Positions 50,232-61,388 of a DNA stretch of 64,000 nucleotides are shown here, piece by piece. The stretch covers positions 109,177,654 through 109,241,653 of the forward strand of contig NC_068981.1 in NCBI RefSeq assembly GCF_001194135.2, written 5' to 3'. The first letter of the stretch is position 1. Every line of letters begins with the position of its first letter. The DNA comes from Octopus bimaculoides. Taxonomy: Eukaryota. Position numbers and translations under genes: made by a program. The notes under the pieces are model-generated. The model made no database searches. It was not told where the DNA came from and was given only the letters and a program-made list of their open reading frames with translations.

Positions 50232-51497
50232 TTGGGTCATCACATAAATAATGTGTTTTTTTTTCTACTTTTATTTTTCAAAATTAAGATAATCAAAGTT
50301 CTTTTTTCATCTAAAATATACTCTCCTTCATTTCTTACAATGCTCTTCCATCTATCTGGTAGACTTGCAAGGCCCCTCTTCCAAAATTCACTTGTCTGTG
50401 ACAAAAAATACTCCTCCAGTACTGTTCTGACCTCATCTACAGAATTCATATTTTTTCGTCCAAAGGATTTTGAAGACTGTGGAATAAATGATAATCAGAT
50501 GGGGCAATGTCCCATGAATATGGTGGGTGGGGCATTGTTTCCCATTCAAACTGCTCCAGCCTTTGGAATGTCATCCTTGCTGTATGTGGCCAAGCATTAT
50601 CCTGATGGAAGAACACCTTTCGTCTTGAAACCAAAGACGGTTGTTTTTTTTCTAGCACTGACTTAAGCTGCTCACAGTAGATCTCCTTAGTTATATGGTT
50701 TGGTTTAAAAGTTCAAAGTGGACTAAACCTTTCATATCCCACCAAACAGATAACAACACCTTATGTGGGTGAAGACCTTCTTTAGCCTAGGGTGCCGGTG
50801 TTTGTCCTTTCCCTACCCACCTTCTTCGGCGCTTGACATTTTTATAGAGAACTTATTTCTTGTCACCAGTCACTATATGATCCAAAAAAGGTTCATTTGT
50901 GAGATATGACAGCAAAAGAGAGGACACATTCATTCTCTGCACACAATTAGACTTGGAAAGTTTGTGAGGAACCCATTGACCCAATTTGCTGACTTTTCCA
51001 ATGGCACACAAGTGTCAATGAATGGTTGACTGATCAAGCTTCTCTGCTAGTTCCTCAACAGTTATGATAGGATTTTGTTCCACCAGGGTTTGCAGGACAT
51101 CCTCGTCGAGTTCTACCAATCTTCCAGGATGTGGCTTGTCTTCTAGGCTGTAGTTTCCGGCTCGGAATTTCTGGAACCACCATTAACACTGGTTTATGCT
51201 TATTGTCCGATCCCCATATACTGCATTAATATTCCTCGCACTTTTTGTTGCATTATTGCCTTTATTGAACTCAAAAAGCAAAATATGCTGAATATGCTCC
51301 TTTGTCACTTTCATTATAGCTTTGAAAAAATAGCTGTTAAAATCGAACTGCACTCTTCAAAACTTGCACTAAGAATAAGGACAAAATAAAATTACTACCT
51401 GCTTTTATAGCAAGTTGATGCAGGTAGTTTATCCCGTCCTCCTCCATATTTTAGTGCATGCAAGTAAAAAAACCGCATTATTTACAAGATGACCCAA
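50232..51497 (-). mobile_element. Full-length (1266 bp) decayed mariner element
   Basis: TA-flanked TIRs TTGGGTCATC.....AAATAATG; transposase from ATG 51314 (MKVTKEHIQHILLFEFNKG, WVPHKL, TGDKK, HQDNAWPH, PHPPYSWDIAPSDYHLF) with several stops. Confidence 0.93.
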
Positions 51498-51625
51498 TAA
51501 ATACAAAAGAATGTTTGTGTTTATTAAAGTTTCCTGTACATAGCATGGTACACATGTTGTGTGTGTGTACATCTATGGATATACATACGTGTAAATACAC
51601 ACACATATACATCCATGCATGTGTG

Positions 51626-51656
<31 letters not shown>

Positions 51657-51755
51657 CCATATATAAAATCATCCTTTATCCATGGCCAGACATGTTTTCA
51701 CAGAATATTGGTAATGAATAAGATTGCTTGTATGAGAGTGACACTCATTTACAAC

Positions 51756-51790
<35 letters not shown>

Positions 51791-52049
51791 ACATACATGC
51801 AGGATGGCTGCAACTTAATTTTTGAGAAACACCACCACTTAATTATTCTTTTAAACATGAGCATCACAGATGTAGCTTTTCAGTTCTGCTACATACTGAT
51901 ACACTTTTGCACAGATGTGGCAATAATGGGTGTCTCTTACAGCAGTTATTAAGAGAGCTTACCACCCATACATGCCCTCATTCTAGCATGGAAATTTTCA
52001 TTGAGTGTTTTGCCTTGCCTGGCTATGGCCAATCATAGTATACAACATA

Positions 52050-54100
52050 ATAAATATGTTAAAAGTTAATAAACACCTTTTTAAAGAGAGAAAGGGCTTT
52101 GCACAGGATCAGTGCCGCTCTCTAAACAATGTATGCATTTGCCCATAAAGAGAAACTAGTCTACATCATTGGATGGAAATGAAGTTGCAAATATTACATA
52201 AGTTTTCATTCTAAAGAGTCAAAAGGTCTCTTACTCCTAGCTGTTGTATATCCATTGACTCTAGTGAGTTCATCCATCCTTGCTAGGTTTTGTTTCTCAT
52301 CCTGCAGGGAATCCAATGTAAGTCACCCTCCTTATCAGAAATACACACACACACACACACATTTGACTGTAATTCGAAAACTTCAGGATGGGAAAACACC
52401 TAGAAGAGACTTGATTGCTGGATACTGGTTGCTATATGGTTGTGAAAAGAGGGAAAGCTACAAACCAGACTAGCAGCATCTCCATTAATGACTTAACTGT
52501 TTCTGCTATATATGATGAGGAATGTTACAGGTATCTAGAGGTAGATGGAATCATATCTTCCAATGGAACCTGTAACAAGGCACATGTCACTAAAGAATAT
52601 TACAGCTGGATAAGGAAAGTATGGACTTCAGAACTCTCTGCATTCAATAAAACAGTGGCCCACAATGTGTTTGCAGTACCAGAACTCATATCAACATTTG
52701 GGCTACTTCATTGAATGCTTGATGAGATCTGAGCCATTGATGTGAAAACCTGGACAATACCGACCAACACAAATAATATTCACATCAATAGTGACATAGA
52801 CTGCCTCTACCTAAAACAAGGAGGCAGAAGTTTAATATTGATCCAGATTGCCTTTGAATATTATATTATGTCTCATCAATATCTTTTAACCATCAAGTGT
52901 TGAAGTACATCCCTTAATCAAGCTTTCATACTTGATTAAGGCAAGTATGACAGGCAAAAATATCATAAGACTTTGAAAACAGCTCCTCAAGAAACATTCC
53001 TTATCTGATAACCTTGAATACATGCCCAAAGAAATTGCACAATTCTACCACAATGTATCATCAGATGAAAGGATAAGTATACATCATGCATGGATATAGT
53101 AGCAGAAAGCTTCAGGAACACTGATAATCAAAGCAGTCTATCATGGACCAACAACTGGATTACTGTCTCTCACTTTTAAGGTTATCTGTTTACAGTCAAG
53201 GAACAGAGAATAGCAACCAAATACCTGATGCACAAAAGGGACAGAGATGCAGGAAAAACACCAAAATATGATAACTGATGCAGACATTGAGGAGTTAACA
53301 CCTGAGATGTTACCCACATCATAAACAGTTGTCCAAAAATGTCATCACATTATTATCTACCAATGAGACATGATATTGTAGCTAGGACACTATATAATGA
53401 GATCTGTCAGAAAGATAACCCCAAGTCTGAAGAAATAAGAACCCACAGCATGGTAGAGTACATAGCCACTCATAATATGAAAGAGTACTGGTGGAATGTC
53501 TCTGTGAAATTCTCAATAAAATGTAAACATAATAGATCAAATATAGTGATTTAGGACAGAGAAGAGAAACTAGGTACTGTAGCGGAAATCAGTTATCCAG
53601 CAGATATCAACATAAAGCTAAAGATTAGTGAAAGAGAAAACACTTATGCCAAACTATTGAGAAATCTACAGCTACTCTATTTAAAAATTCTGGTTTATAT
53701 CTGAAATTATTGAGTCACTGAGATATGTAACAAACTACCTAAGCACTAATTTTGAGAAACTAGGCTTCTCAAAACCAGAAAGGAGAAAGCTAATTAGAAA
53801 ATTACAGATTCAAGCCATCACTGGAACTATCAAAATTTGTAAAACTTCCCAAGAGTTTAGCATTTATGTATATATGCACATGTCTAGACATGCAGCCATA
53901 TGCATGAGAAAGCATACATAAAACAAAACATACAAGTCTGCACAAGCATTGACTCCAAATATTGCACACATTCACACAAACATGCACAAATACCCTGTTG
54001 ATGCTGTTGAAATTCCAATGAAGGAACCTCATATCTAGGTTAGAAACTGGCTTTCTCTCTCTTTACTGATAAGAAATCTTGAATTAAAACTGAATAACAA
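52050..54100 (+). mobile_element. 5'-truncated R4/Dong-like (REL endonuclease) non-LTR retrotransposon
   Basis: YRYL, ELSAFNKTVAHNVFAVP, CCHC-like HIINSCPK...RHDIVA, KHNRSNIVI resembling the PD..D nuclease, C-terminal KICK; many stops. Confidence 0.75.
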
Positions 54101-55130
54101 GCAAGCAAGCATATATACATGCATGCATCCCACCATCCCCCACCCCACCCACACACACATTTTCCTCCAAGTCACTCCTCAACAGAAATCTGATCTTGTC
54201 ACCACCTGCAGGCACAAGACATTTCAGACCTTTTACATTGTAAAAGATCTGCATTGTACCATTTCCAAGTGGGAGAGGGCCGCATGATAAAACACATATG
54301 CATGAAATACGGTTACTTGTCCACTTTACACTGAATTTTTTGCAGTTTTTCTTAATTTTATTTGTCTTAGTATGAAATTTTGTCTTAGTATGAAATTGTA
54401 TTTGTCTTAGTATGAAACTAGTAACCTAGAAAATTGTTGAGGGCTGCAGGTTGACCATGCATTTTTTACAACTACCAACTTACAAAGAGAGTAATTTTAA
54501 TATCATCCACACACACTTGTATACATACTACAATATATCATCAATGAATAAAACCACATCTGCACATCACCCAACACTTTGTTGCATTTGGCACATAAAT
54601 GGATTACACTCTATGTTAACACCCCCCCGCCCCACACACACACTCACACAAAACACACAAAACACACAAAGCAAAGACTACATTCTCTGTTAGCTGGACA
54701 CGCAAAATAATATAAACTAGGCTACACACTGTTACCAACATACACACAAAAACATACACAAATTCATCAACTCACACCAATTAATTTGACCATACAATAC
54801 CACACATATTATGCAACCACTCAACACCATCAGAACTGCATAGACACACACACACACACATGTATGTATATATGTATGTATGTATGTATGTATGTACACA
54901 TATACCTATCTGCCAAACTGCAGTCACACTCATGGATAAAGACAATATACATACACATTGATCCACACATACATAAACCTAAAACAGAGACAACAACCAC
55001 AAATACACAAACGCCTGAAAGCTTACATACCTGAAACAGTATGAGAACACCACATACACACAGATATGCACAATACATATATACAAGTAAAAATATATGC
55101 ACGCGCGAGTGCACACACACACACACACAT

Positions 55131-55164
<34 letters not shown>

Positions 55165-55359
55165 CAATGACCAGATCATATATATATATGCATACATCAG
55201 GATGTAAATATATGTGTGTCTGTGCATGTGTCTATCATCTGTGAGTGTGTTTCCAATTTATCTTCTGTATTTGTTTCCAAGAAACAAGTATTTGTTTCAT
55301 AAGATTGTATTTCACTTTCAATTTCAGTGTCTTCACATGTAATTGTTTGATAATATCTG

Positions 55360-55409
<50 letters not shown>

Positions 55410-55824
55410 ATATAGGTTTGTCTAGATTGAGATGTATTCACAATAGTTGCGCATGAACACACGCATAAATATAGCCTTATGAAAGTACAATTGTCTCCTC
55501 CATGGAAACAAGTAGACATATTGAAGTGATAAAAATCTAGAATCTGTCGATAAAATGGTGATTGATTAAGCTGACATAATTTGACTAGATCTATGCTCTC
55601 TTTGCTCTCCAGAGACATATTCTGTTTTGCTACAAAACATAATTATTGAAAATATCATACTGGTTTTCAGTTTACTATCATCAGAATATATGATGTAAAA
55701 GAGTTCATTTAAAAAATGATCTAAATATATGTGTTTGTAGTATAAATATATAGACAGACAAACATACATACTGAGAGACACATATACATGCAGATGCATA
55801 CACACACTTATGCACACACACGTT

Positions 55825-55855
<31 letters not shown>

Positions 55856-55878
55856 GTATAGTATAGGACAATCAGTAA

Positions 55879-55959
55879 ATTATCATAATAGGACTCAGAG
55901 TTTCAAATGCTGAAGCTAAGAGCTGCTACGATGCATTTTCATCGGCTATTATGAAAATA
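55879..55959 (-). ncRNA. Inverted copy of the pLTR hammerhead with mutated core (CCGAUGA)
   Basis: Reverse complement of 58303-58379 with U4 changed to C; stems largely preserved. Confidence 0.7.
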
Positions 55960-57457
55960 GATGCTATTAAAAAACTGTTGAATAAAAAGGAAGTTACTCT
56001 AATAGGTAGGAAAAACTATAAAAGATAAAAAATACATGCAACCTTATTCCCACAATACATAGAAACCTCCTGCATTCATAATGTCAGCATATGTACACAC
56101 TCCCACAAACATGTATATATACATGCCCATACACACAAACATATATGTGCATTTACGTACTCATACACATATCCATGCACACACATGCATATATATATAC
56201 GTATAATGTACATATGTTTTTACTAGTGTATATTTCGCTATTTATAAGGACAATCCTCTAGCTTTCATTAAGAATACCAATGGACCAGCACAAGATTGGT
56301 TAAGGAAGGACATTATCCATTTTATGAAAACACTCAATCTTAGCATAACAATAGATACCAACCTGATGGCTGTCAATTTCCTTGACGTATCTCTGGATTT
56401 ACAAAAGAATATTTACAAACCCTATAGAAAGCCCAACAATAGACTTAGTTATATTAATGAAGGTTCCTGCCCGCCCCCCACATAGTGTTTAAGAATTTAG
56501 CTAAGAATATTAATAGGAGAATTTCTAGCCTCTCTAATATAAACATATTTAATAATGCTGCCCCAGTATATAACAAAGCTCTTAAAGCTAGTGGATTTAA
56601 AGAGGAAATAGCTTACACACTTGCTGTTAGGACAGAAATAAGTAAAGAAAACATAGATACAGGAAAATTATCTGGCTCACACTCTATAATATAGGTAAAT
56701 ATTTAATATAGGTAAATATTTCTTGTCACTTATAGATAGACACTTTCCAATAAATCATAAATATATGAAACTCTTTAATAGGCATAACTTAAAAATTAGT
56801 TTTAATTCAATCAAAATTTTTAAAACAAAATTGCACACAACACAAAAAAACAACACAAAGCCGGCTGTTCCTGCAGAGATAAAGACTTGTGCCTGCTAAA
56901 TGGAGCCTGTATGACCGAGGCCATTATTTATGAAACCACTGTAAATTCTATGAACGCTAAGAACACAGTTTCATCAAAGAGATATGTGGGTCTCACAGAG
57001 GGAAATTTTAAAGCAAAGTTCAATAATCACACCTTAAGCTTCAGGCACTGGGATAAACGAAAAACGACCAAATTATCCAGTCATATATGGTTCTTAAGAG
57101 AACAAGGTGTCATCTATAAGATTTACTGGAAGATCTTGGCAAGGTGTAAACCTTATACCAATGGTAGTGGTAAGTGCAGTCTTTGTGATATGGAAAGATG
57201 GTTTATCTGGAAAAGTTCCTTGGACCCTGCTAAATGTCTAAATTCAAGAACTGAACTTTTTCGATCATGTCCACACATGACAAAATACTTGTTACGGTTT
57301 TGGGCCCCACAAGATCATGGATAGAATCTGCATTTTTACTATGTTCCTGTATAAGCTTTCCATATGTCTTAACATTTTTTTATTGTTATATATATATTTT
57401 TTAAATTTTTTCCTTTTTAATTGTGTGATTGTATATGTGTGTGAGTATATGTATATG

Positions 57458-57797
57458 TTGCTGAGACCCCTTCGGTCATGACAGACCATGGGATTGTACC
57501 TAGAAAGTTACCCTTCCAGGCACAAGTTCAGGAAAGGTTGTTTATGGAAGACCAGCAGTCGCCCATGCATACCGGCCTCCCCTCTCCATGCCACCAGTGT
57601 TATCCAAGGGAAAGGCAAAGGCCGATACAGCTTGGCACCTGTGACGTAGCAATTCATTTCTACAGTTGAGTGTATTGGAGCAACATGAAATAAAGTGTCT
57701 TGCTTAAGAACACAACACGCAGCCTGGTCTGGGATTCAAACTCACAACCTCACGATCATAAGCTCAATGCTCTAACCACTAAGCCATGCGCCTTCAC
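57458..57797 (-). mobile_element. tRNA-derived SINE (family 3) inserted in the PLE 3' region
   Basis: Reverse strand begins TGAAGGCGCATGGCTTAGTGGTTAGAGC...GAGTTTGAATCCC (A and B boxes). Confidence 0.8.
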
Positions 57798-57988
57798 ATG
57801 TATATGTATGTATATATTAAATGTGTATGTGTGTGCGTGTCTGTATATATGTGTACGCATGTATGTATGTATATGAGTGTAGTACTGTATCCGGTGCATA
57901 AGTGCAACTTTCATGCACTTTCTCCTTTTATACGTATATGTATATGCATATGCTTGTATATCTGCAGCTGTAGGTGTGTGATAGGAGA

Positions 57989-58028
<40 letters not shown>

Positions 58029-58302
58029 GTGTACATATGTACATATGTACATTATACGTATATATATGCATGTGTATGCGTGAATATGTGTATGAGTATG
58101 TAAATGCACATATACGTTTGTGTGTGGTGTATGGGCATGTATATATACATGTTTGTGTGAGTGTGTACATATGTAGACATTATGAACGCAGGAGGTTTCT
58201 ATGTATTGTGAGAATATGGTTTTGTGCATTTTTTATCTTTTATATTTTTCCCTAGCTATAAGAATAACTTCCCTTTTATTCAACAGTTTTTTTATAGTGT
58301 CT

Positions 58303-58379
58303 ATTGTCATAATAGCTGATGAGAATGCATTGTAGCTCTTAGCTCCAGCATTTGAAACTCTGAGTCCTATTATGACAAT
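58303..58379 (+). ncRNA. Type I hammerhead ribozyme in the PLE pLTR
   Basis: 13-bp perfect stem I (ATTGTCATAATAG / CTATTATGACAAT), CUGAUGA 58316-58322, stem II GAATGC/GCATTT, GAAA 58354-58357, stem III ACTC-T-GAGT, GUC cleavage triplet ending at 58366. Confidence 0.85.
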
Positions 58380-58476
58380 TTACTGATTGTCCTAAACTAT
58401 ACATATATATAAATTCCTCTATTTACTTAATATCAAGGTCTCTTTTGTTGTCATTTTATTATTATTATTATTATTA

Positions 58477-58649
58477 AGGGTGTCAAGACTCTTACATTGC
58501 TAGAAATAAGAACTAAAATGGTCTAATGCTGTAGGAAAAGCACATAAATGCAGCCCCTATGAGCATGTATGTTTGCATTTATGTGCTTTTCTTACCGTAT
58601 TAGAGCATTTTAGTTCTTATTTCTAGCAATGTAGGTGTCTTGACACCCT
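58477..58649. mobile_element. 173-bp fold-back (hairpin) MITE
   Basis: 76-nt arms (70/76 complementary) with a 21-nt loop; AGGGTGTC termini. Confidence 0.8.
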
Positions 58650-58652
58650 CTG

Positions 58653-59798
58653 ACACAGCCTGGCTCATAAGACCACACGCATCCCCTGATATGGAGACCA
58701 TTCCACCAACCTGCCCACACCCTCTCCTCAACCCTGACCACATGCCTTAACTTGTCTCATAATCAGCCACCCAGTGAGGAGGGCACCACTCCCTCTGTGA
58801 CTGCTGTGGAACTTCAGGATTGGCCTCAGTCCCTGGCATATTACTGCTAGCTTCATCCCCTTGTTCATTGCTGCTGGCTCCATCCTCCAATGCATTGATG
58901 ATCCTGCACATGTCCAAAACATGATGTGGCATACTCTTTGTTTGACCCCTCTCATTGTTGCAGCTGCTGCTAATGGTGTCATCCTGCAACACAAGGTGAG
59001 TACTCTAGCCCGAAATATTACATCTCCCATTGCCATGGGATGAATATTCGGCAGCTTTTGCAGTTTGACTGACATGTGGTCAGGAAAACCAGTCACAAAC
59101 GCTAACTTGACAGTTCATTCCAGTGTTTGTTTGCGTATCCCACAAGTTTAGCCAATCTCCTCATTTCATTAGCAAACACATCGACTTGTATACCCATCCA
59201 CTTTGCTTTCCTCGGTCAACCATATGCCATGAATGGCTCTTCCGTAAAAGCATCCATCAGCCGGACTTCTATTTTTTTTTGCGCTTAACTAGCCTTTCTC
59301 TTCCTTTTCCAAGTATAGCACCAAAGCTGAACCATCAAGGTACAATAGTATAAAGCTCGCTAGGTCGTCTATACCATGTTTTGCCCCCAACTTAATTTTT
59401 TCAACCACACGACGATATCTCCCTCACTGCAAAATGGCCTAACATTCTCATTCAAAACACGGACCATACCCATTATTTTTTTTTTTCTAATGAGCTGAAA
59501 TAGCTTGTGATGTGAAGGAGGAAATGACAAACAGAAAGAAGCAGAGAGAGAATTATGGAGGTCTTTCCTGACCACCTGGAAGGGGTAACTCACAGTGTCC
59601 ATGTGGTCTGTCTGCTGCCATACCATCCAACAGGTCTGCTCTTGCACGCTGTCAACTGGGAACTGCTCACTGACAACTTGCAGATGCCTGCATGCCCATT
59701 GCAGCCCTTCTGGTGGGACCTACAGGCCCCACTTTCAACAGGACCTGTGTACTCCCTTACTTCCGGTCCTTCTCTCCAACACAGCCTGGCTCATAACA
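58653..59798 (-). mobile_element. Internally deleted Gypsy-like LTR element
   Basis: Gag-like VRPFCSEGDIVVWLKK...VTGFPDHMSVKLQ...RARVL abuts a pol C-terminus (SQREWCPPHWVADYETS*); an 18-nt LTR-start remnant is repeated at 58653-58670 and 59779-59796. Confidence 0.65.
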
Positions 59799-60141
59799 CC
59801 AGCTTATGAAGCACAGGTATCAAATTTAACAGAATTTTAGTTCTCAGATTCTAGCTTCCAATGTCCAACTTGCTGTTACTTGAGGTCTCTGGGTGACACT
59901 TGGAACAGCTCATATAAAACAAGTCAGCAGCAGAGGCAGCAGATATGGTGGCAGTGGGAGATGTAGCAGTGGCAGGAAATGTAGAAGCAGTGGCAGTGAA
60001 GGCAAATGTGGAACCAGTGGCGGTGGCGGCAGTGGCAGCAACAACAACAACAGAATATTAAGTAAGTTGATTTCCTTCATGATTTCCGGGCTGCATTAAA
60101 TGGATCACAAATTCATTTTTAAAGACATTATCTTTGTTAAA

Positions 60142-60331
60142 TAGTTCTATATTTAAGAGATGAGGAATTATCAACATTATTTACAATTGACAGATATTTG
60201 TCCTCATCTTGTTTGTTGTTAACACAACATTTCTGCTGATATACCCTCCAGCCTTCATCAGGTGTCTTGAGAAAATTTCGAACCAAGGTTCTCATTCCTA
60301 AGGGATTTTTTCGATGTTGTTGTTGTTGTTG

Positions 60332-60394
<63 letters not shown>

Positions 60395-60661
60395 TCACTG
60401 CCGGGAATCAAACTCGGAATCTTAACCACTACGCCATATACCCATGGCCAAAATTCCAAGTTCAATTCCAGGCAGTGACCTGAAAAATAACAGCAACAAC
60501 AACAACAACATCCAAAAAAAAAACCTTAGGAATGAGAACCCAGGTTCGAAATTTCCCCAAGACACCTGATGAAGGCTGGAAGGTATATCAGCCGAAATGT
60601 TGTGTTAACAACAATCAAGATGAGGACAAATATCCGTCAATTGTAAATAATGTAAATAATG
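60142..60661 (-). mobile_element. Palindromic non-autonomous element: tRNA-like head, (AAT/AAC)n, hammerhead tail; 13-bp TSD
   Basis: TATCTTTGTTAAA at 60129-60141 and 60662-60674; inverted arms about 60174-60423 and 60449-60652. Confidence 0.85.
60561..60606 (+). ncRNA. Minimal type I hammerhead motif (mirror copy on - strand at about 60221-60266)
   Basis: GACAC-CUGAUGA-A-GGCUG(10 nt)CAGCC-GAAA-UG-UU-GUGUU; the mirror copy has one stem II mismatch. Confidence 0.72.
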
Positions 60662-60961
60662 TATCTTTGTTAAAGTTTGAAATAAAAAAAAAAAACATCT
60701 ACATATGTATGATCTATCTCTGTAAATTTATTTTCTCTTTTCGTATGAAAGTGGATAATCTAAATATATCCCACCATTTGGAGGATCTTTGTTGTCTCCA
60801 CTGTAATATATGAATTCAAATACCCACATAAATGAAAATTCCCAAACAAGTGTTATATAACACAGACAGGTAGGTAATGGCTACAATCATATGATCATGG
60901 TTTTGGTTATATCTGCTTCATTAAAGCTGACCATGGGTTAAATAGCAACACCAACAAGACA

Positions 60962-61388
60962 AGGGTTGGCTGAAAAGTTCAGAGGCTGACCAAGATACTC
61001 TCATGGAATGTGACCAAATGAGGTTAATTTTACAACATTGTCCCCCTTATGGTTCACACACTTCTTCCATCAGTGTTACAGTTCTTGGATCCCATTGGTG
61101 AAGATTTCATCCAGTTGGTCAAAAAAGTCATCAACAGCAGATATGATGCCATCATCACTGCAATACTAGTTCCCAACCAAGTATTTTTTCAGATTAGGGA
61201 ACAGATGATTGTGATATGGGGCCAAATCAGGAGAATAGAGAGGGTGATAAACTAGTTCAAAGCCACAGTCATGCACAACAGCCATTAAAATGAAGGACCT
61301 GTGTGCTAGAACGTCGTCCTGATGAAACAAAACCCTTTTCATCAGTTTTCCTGGGTCTTTGGTTTTGACAGCCTTTCATAACTGCCAC
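60962..61388 (-). mobile_element. Mariner 3' fragment
   Basis: VLFHQDDVLAH, YHPLYSPDLAP..HLFPNLKK, WKKCV..KGD on the minus strand plus a TIR-like end. Confidence 0.8.

Larger units (their letters stand above)
55862..58400 (+). mobile_element. Penelope-like element (Naiad-like) with an inverted 5' pLTR copy
   Basis: RT C-terminus (about 56220-56700), CSCRDKDLCLLNGAC linker, GIY-YIG-type IIY...YVGLTE, C-terminal CSLC...CPH (to about 57310); inverted arms of about 355 bp at 55862-56216 and 58042-58400. Confidence 0.87.

Noticed and set aside
50169-50666. 165-aa plus-strand ORF (likewise 571..867 and 5853..6242)
   Set aside because: Antisense shadows of mariner or RTE coding sequence.
56850-57310. 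Selenocysteine (UGA) recoding, reported for some Naiad PLEs
   Set aside because: All linker and C-terminal Cys codons here are TGT or TGC, with no in-frame TGA at those positions.
57770-57797. tRNA-like sequences here and at other SINE heads
   Set aside because: These are A/B-box heads continuous with SINE bodies, without a complete cloverleaf, so they are not called tRNA genes.
51458-58255. Many ORFs rich in YI/CV/TH repeats (also 8845, 34195, 43166, 63325-63614)
   Set aside because: Translations of microsatellites; no coding evidence.
58653-59796. 18-nt direct repeat initially read as a LINE TSD
   Set aside because: Better explained as the start of the 5' and 3' LTRs of a minus-strand Gypsy-like element.
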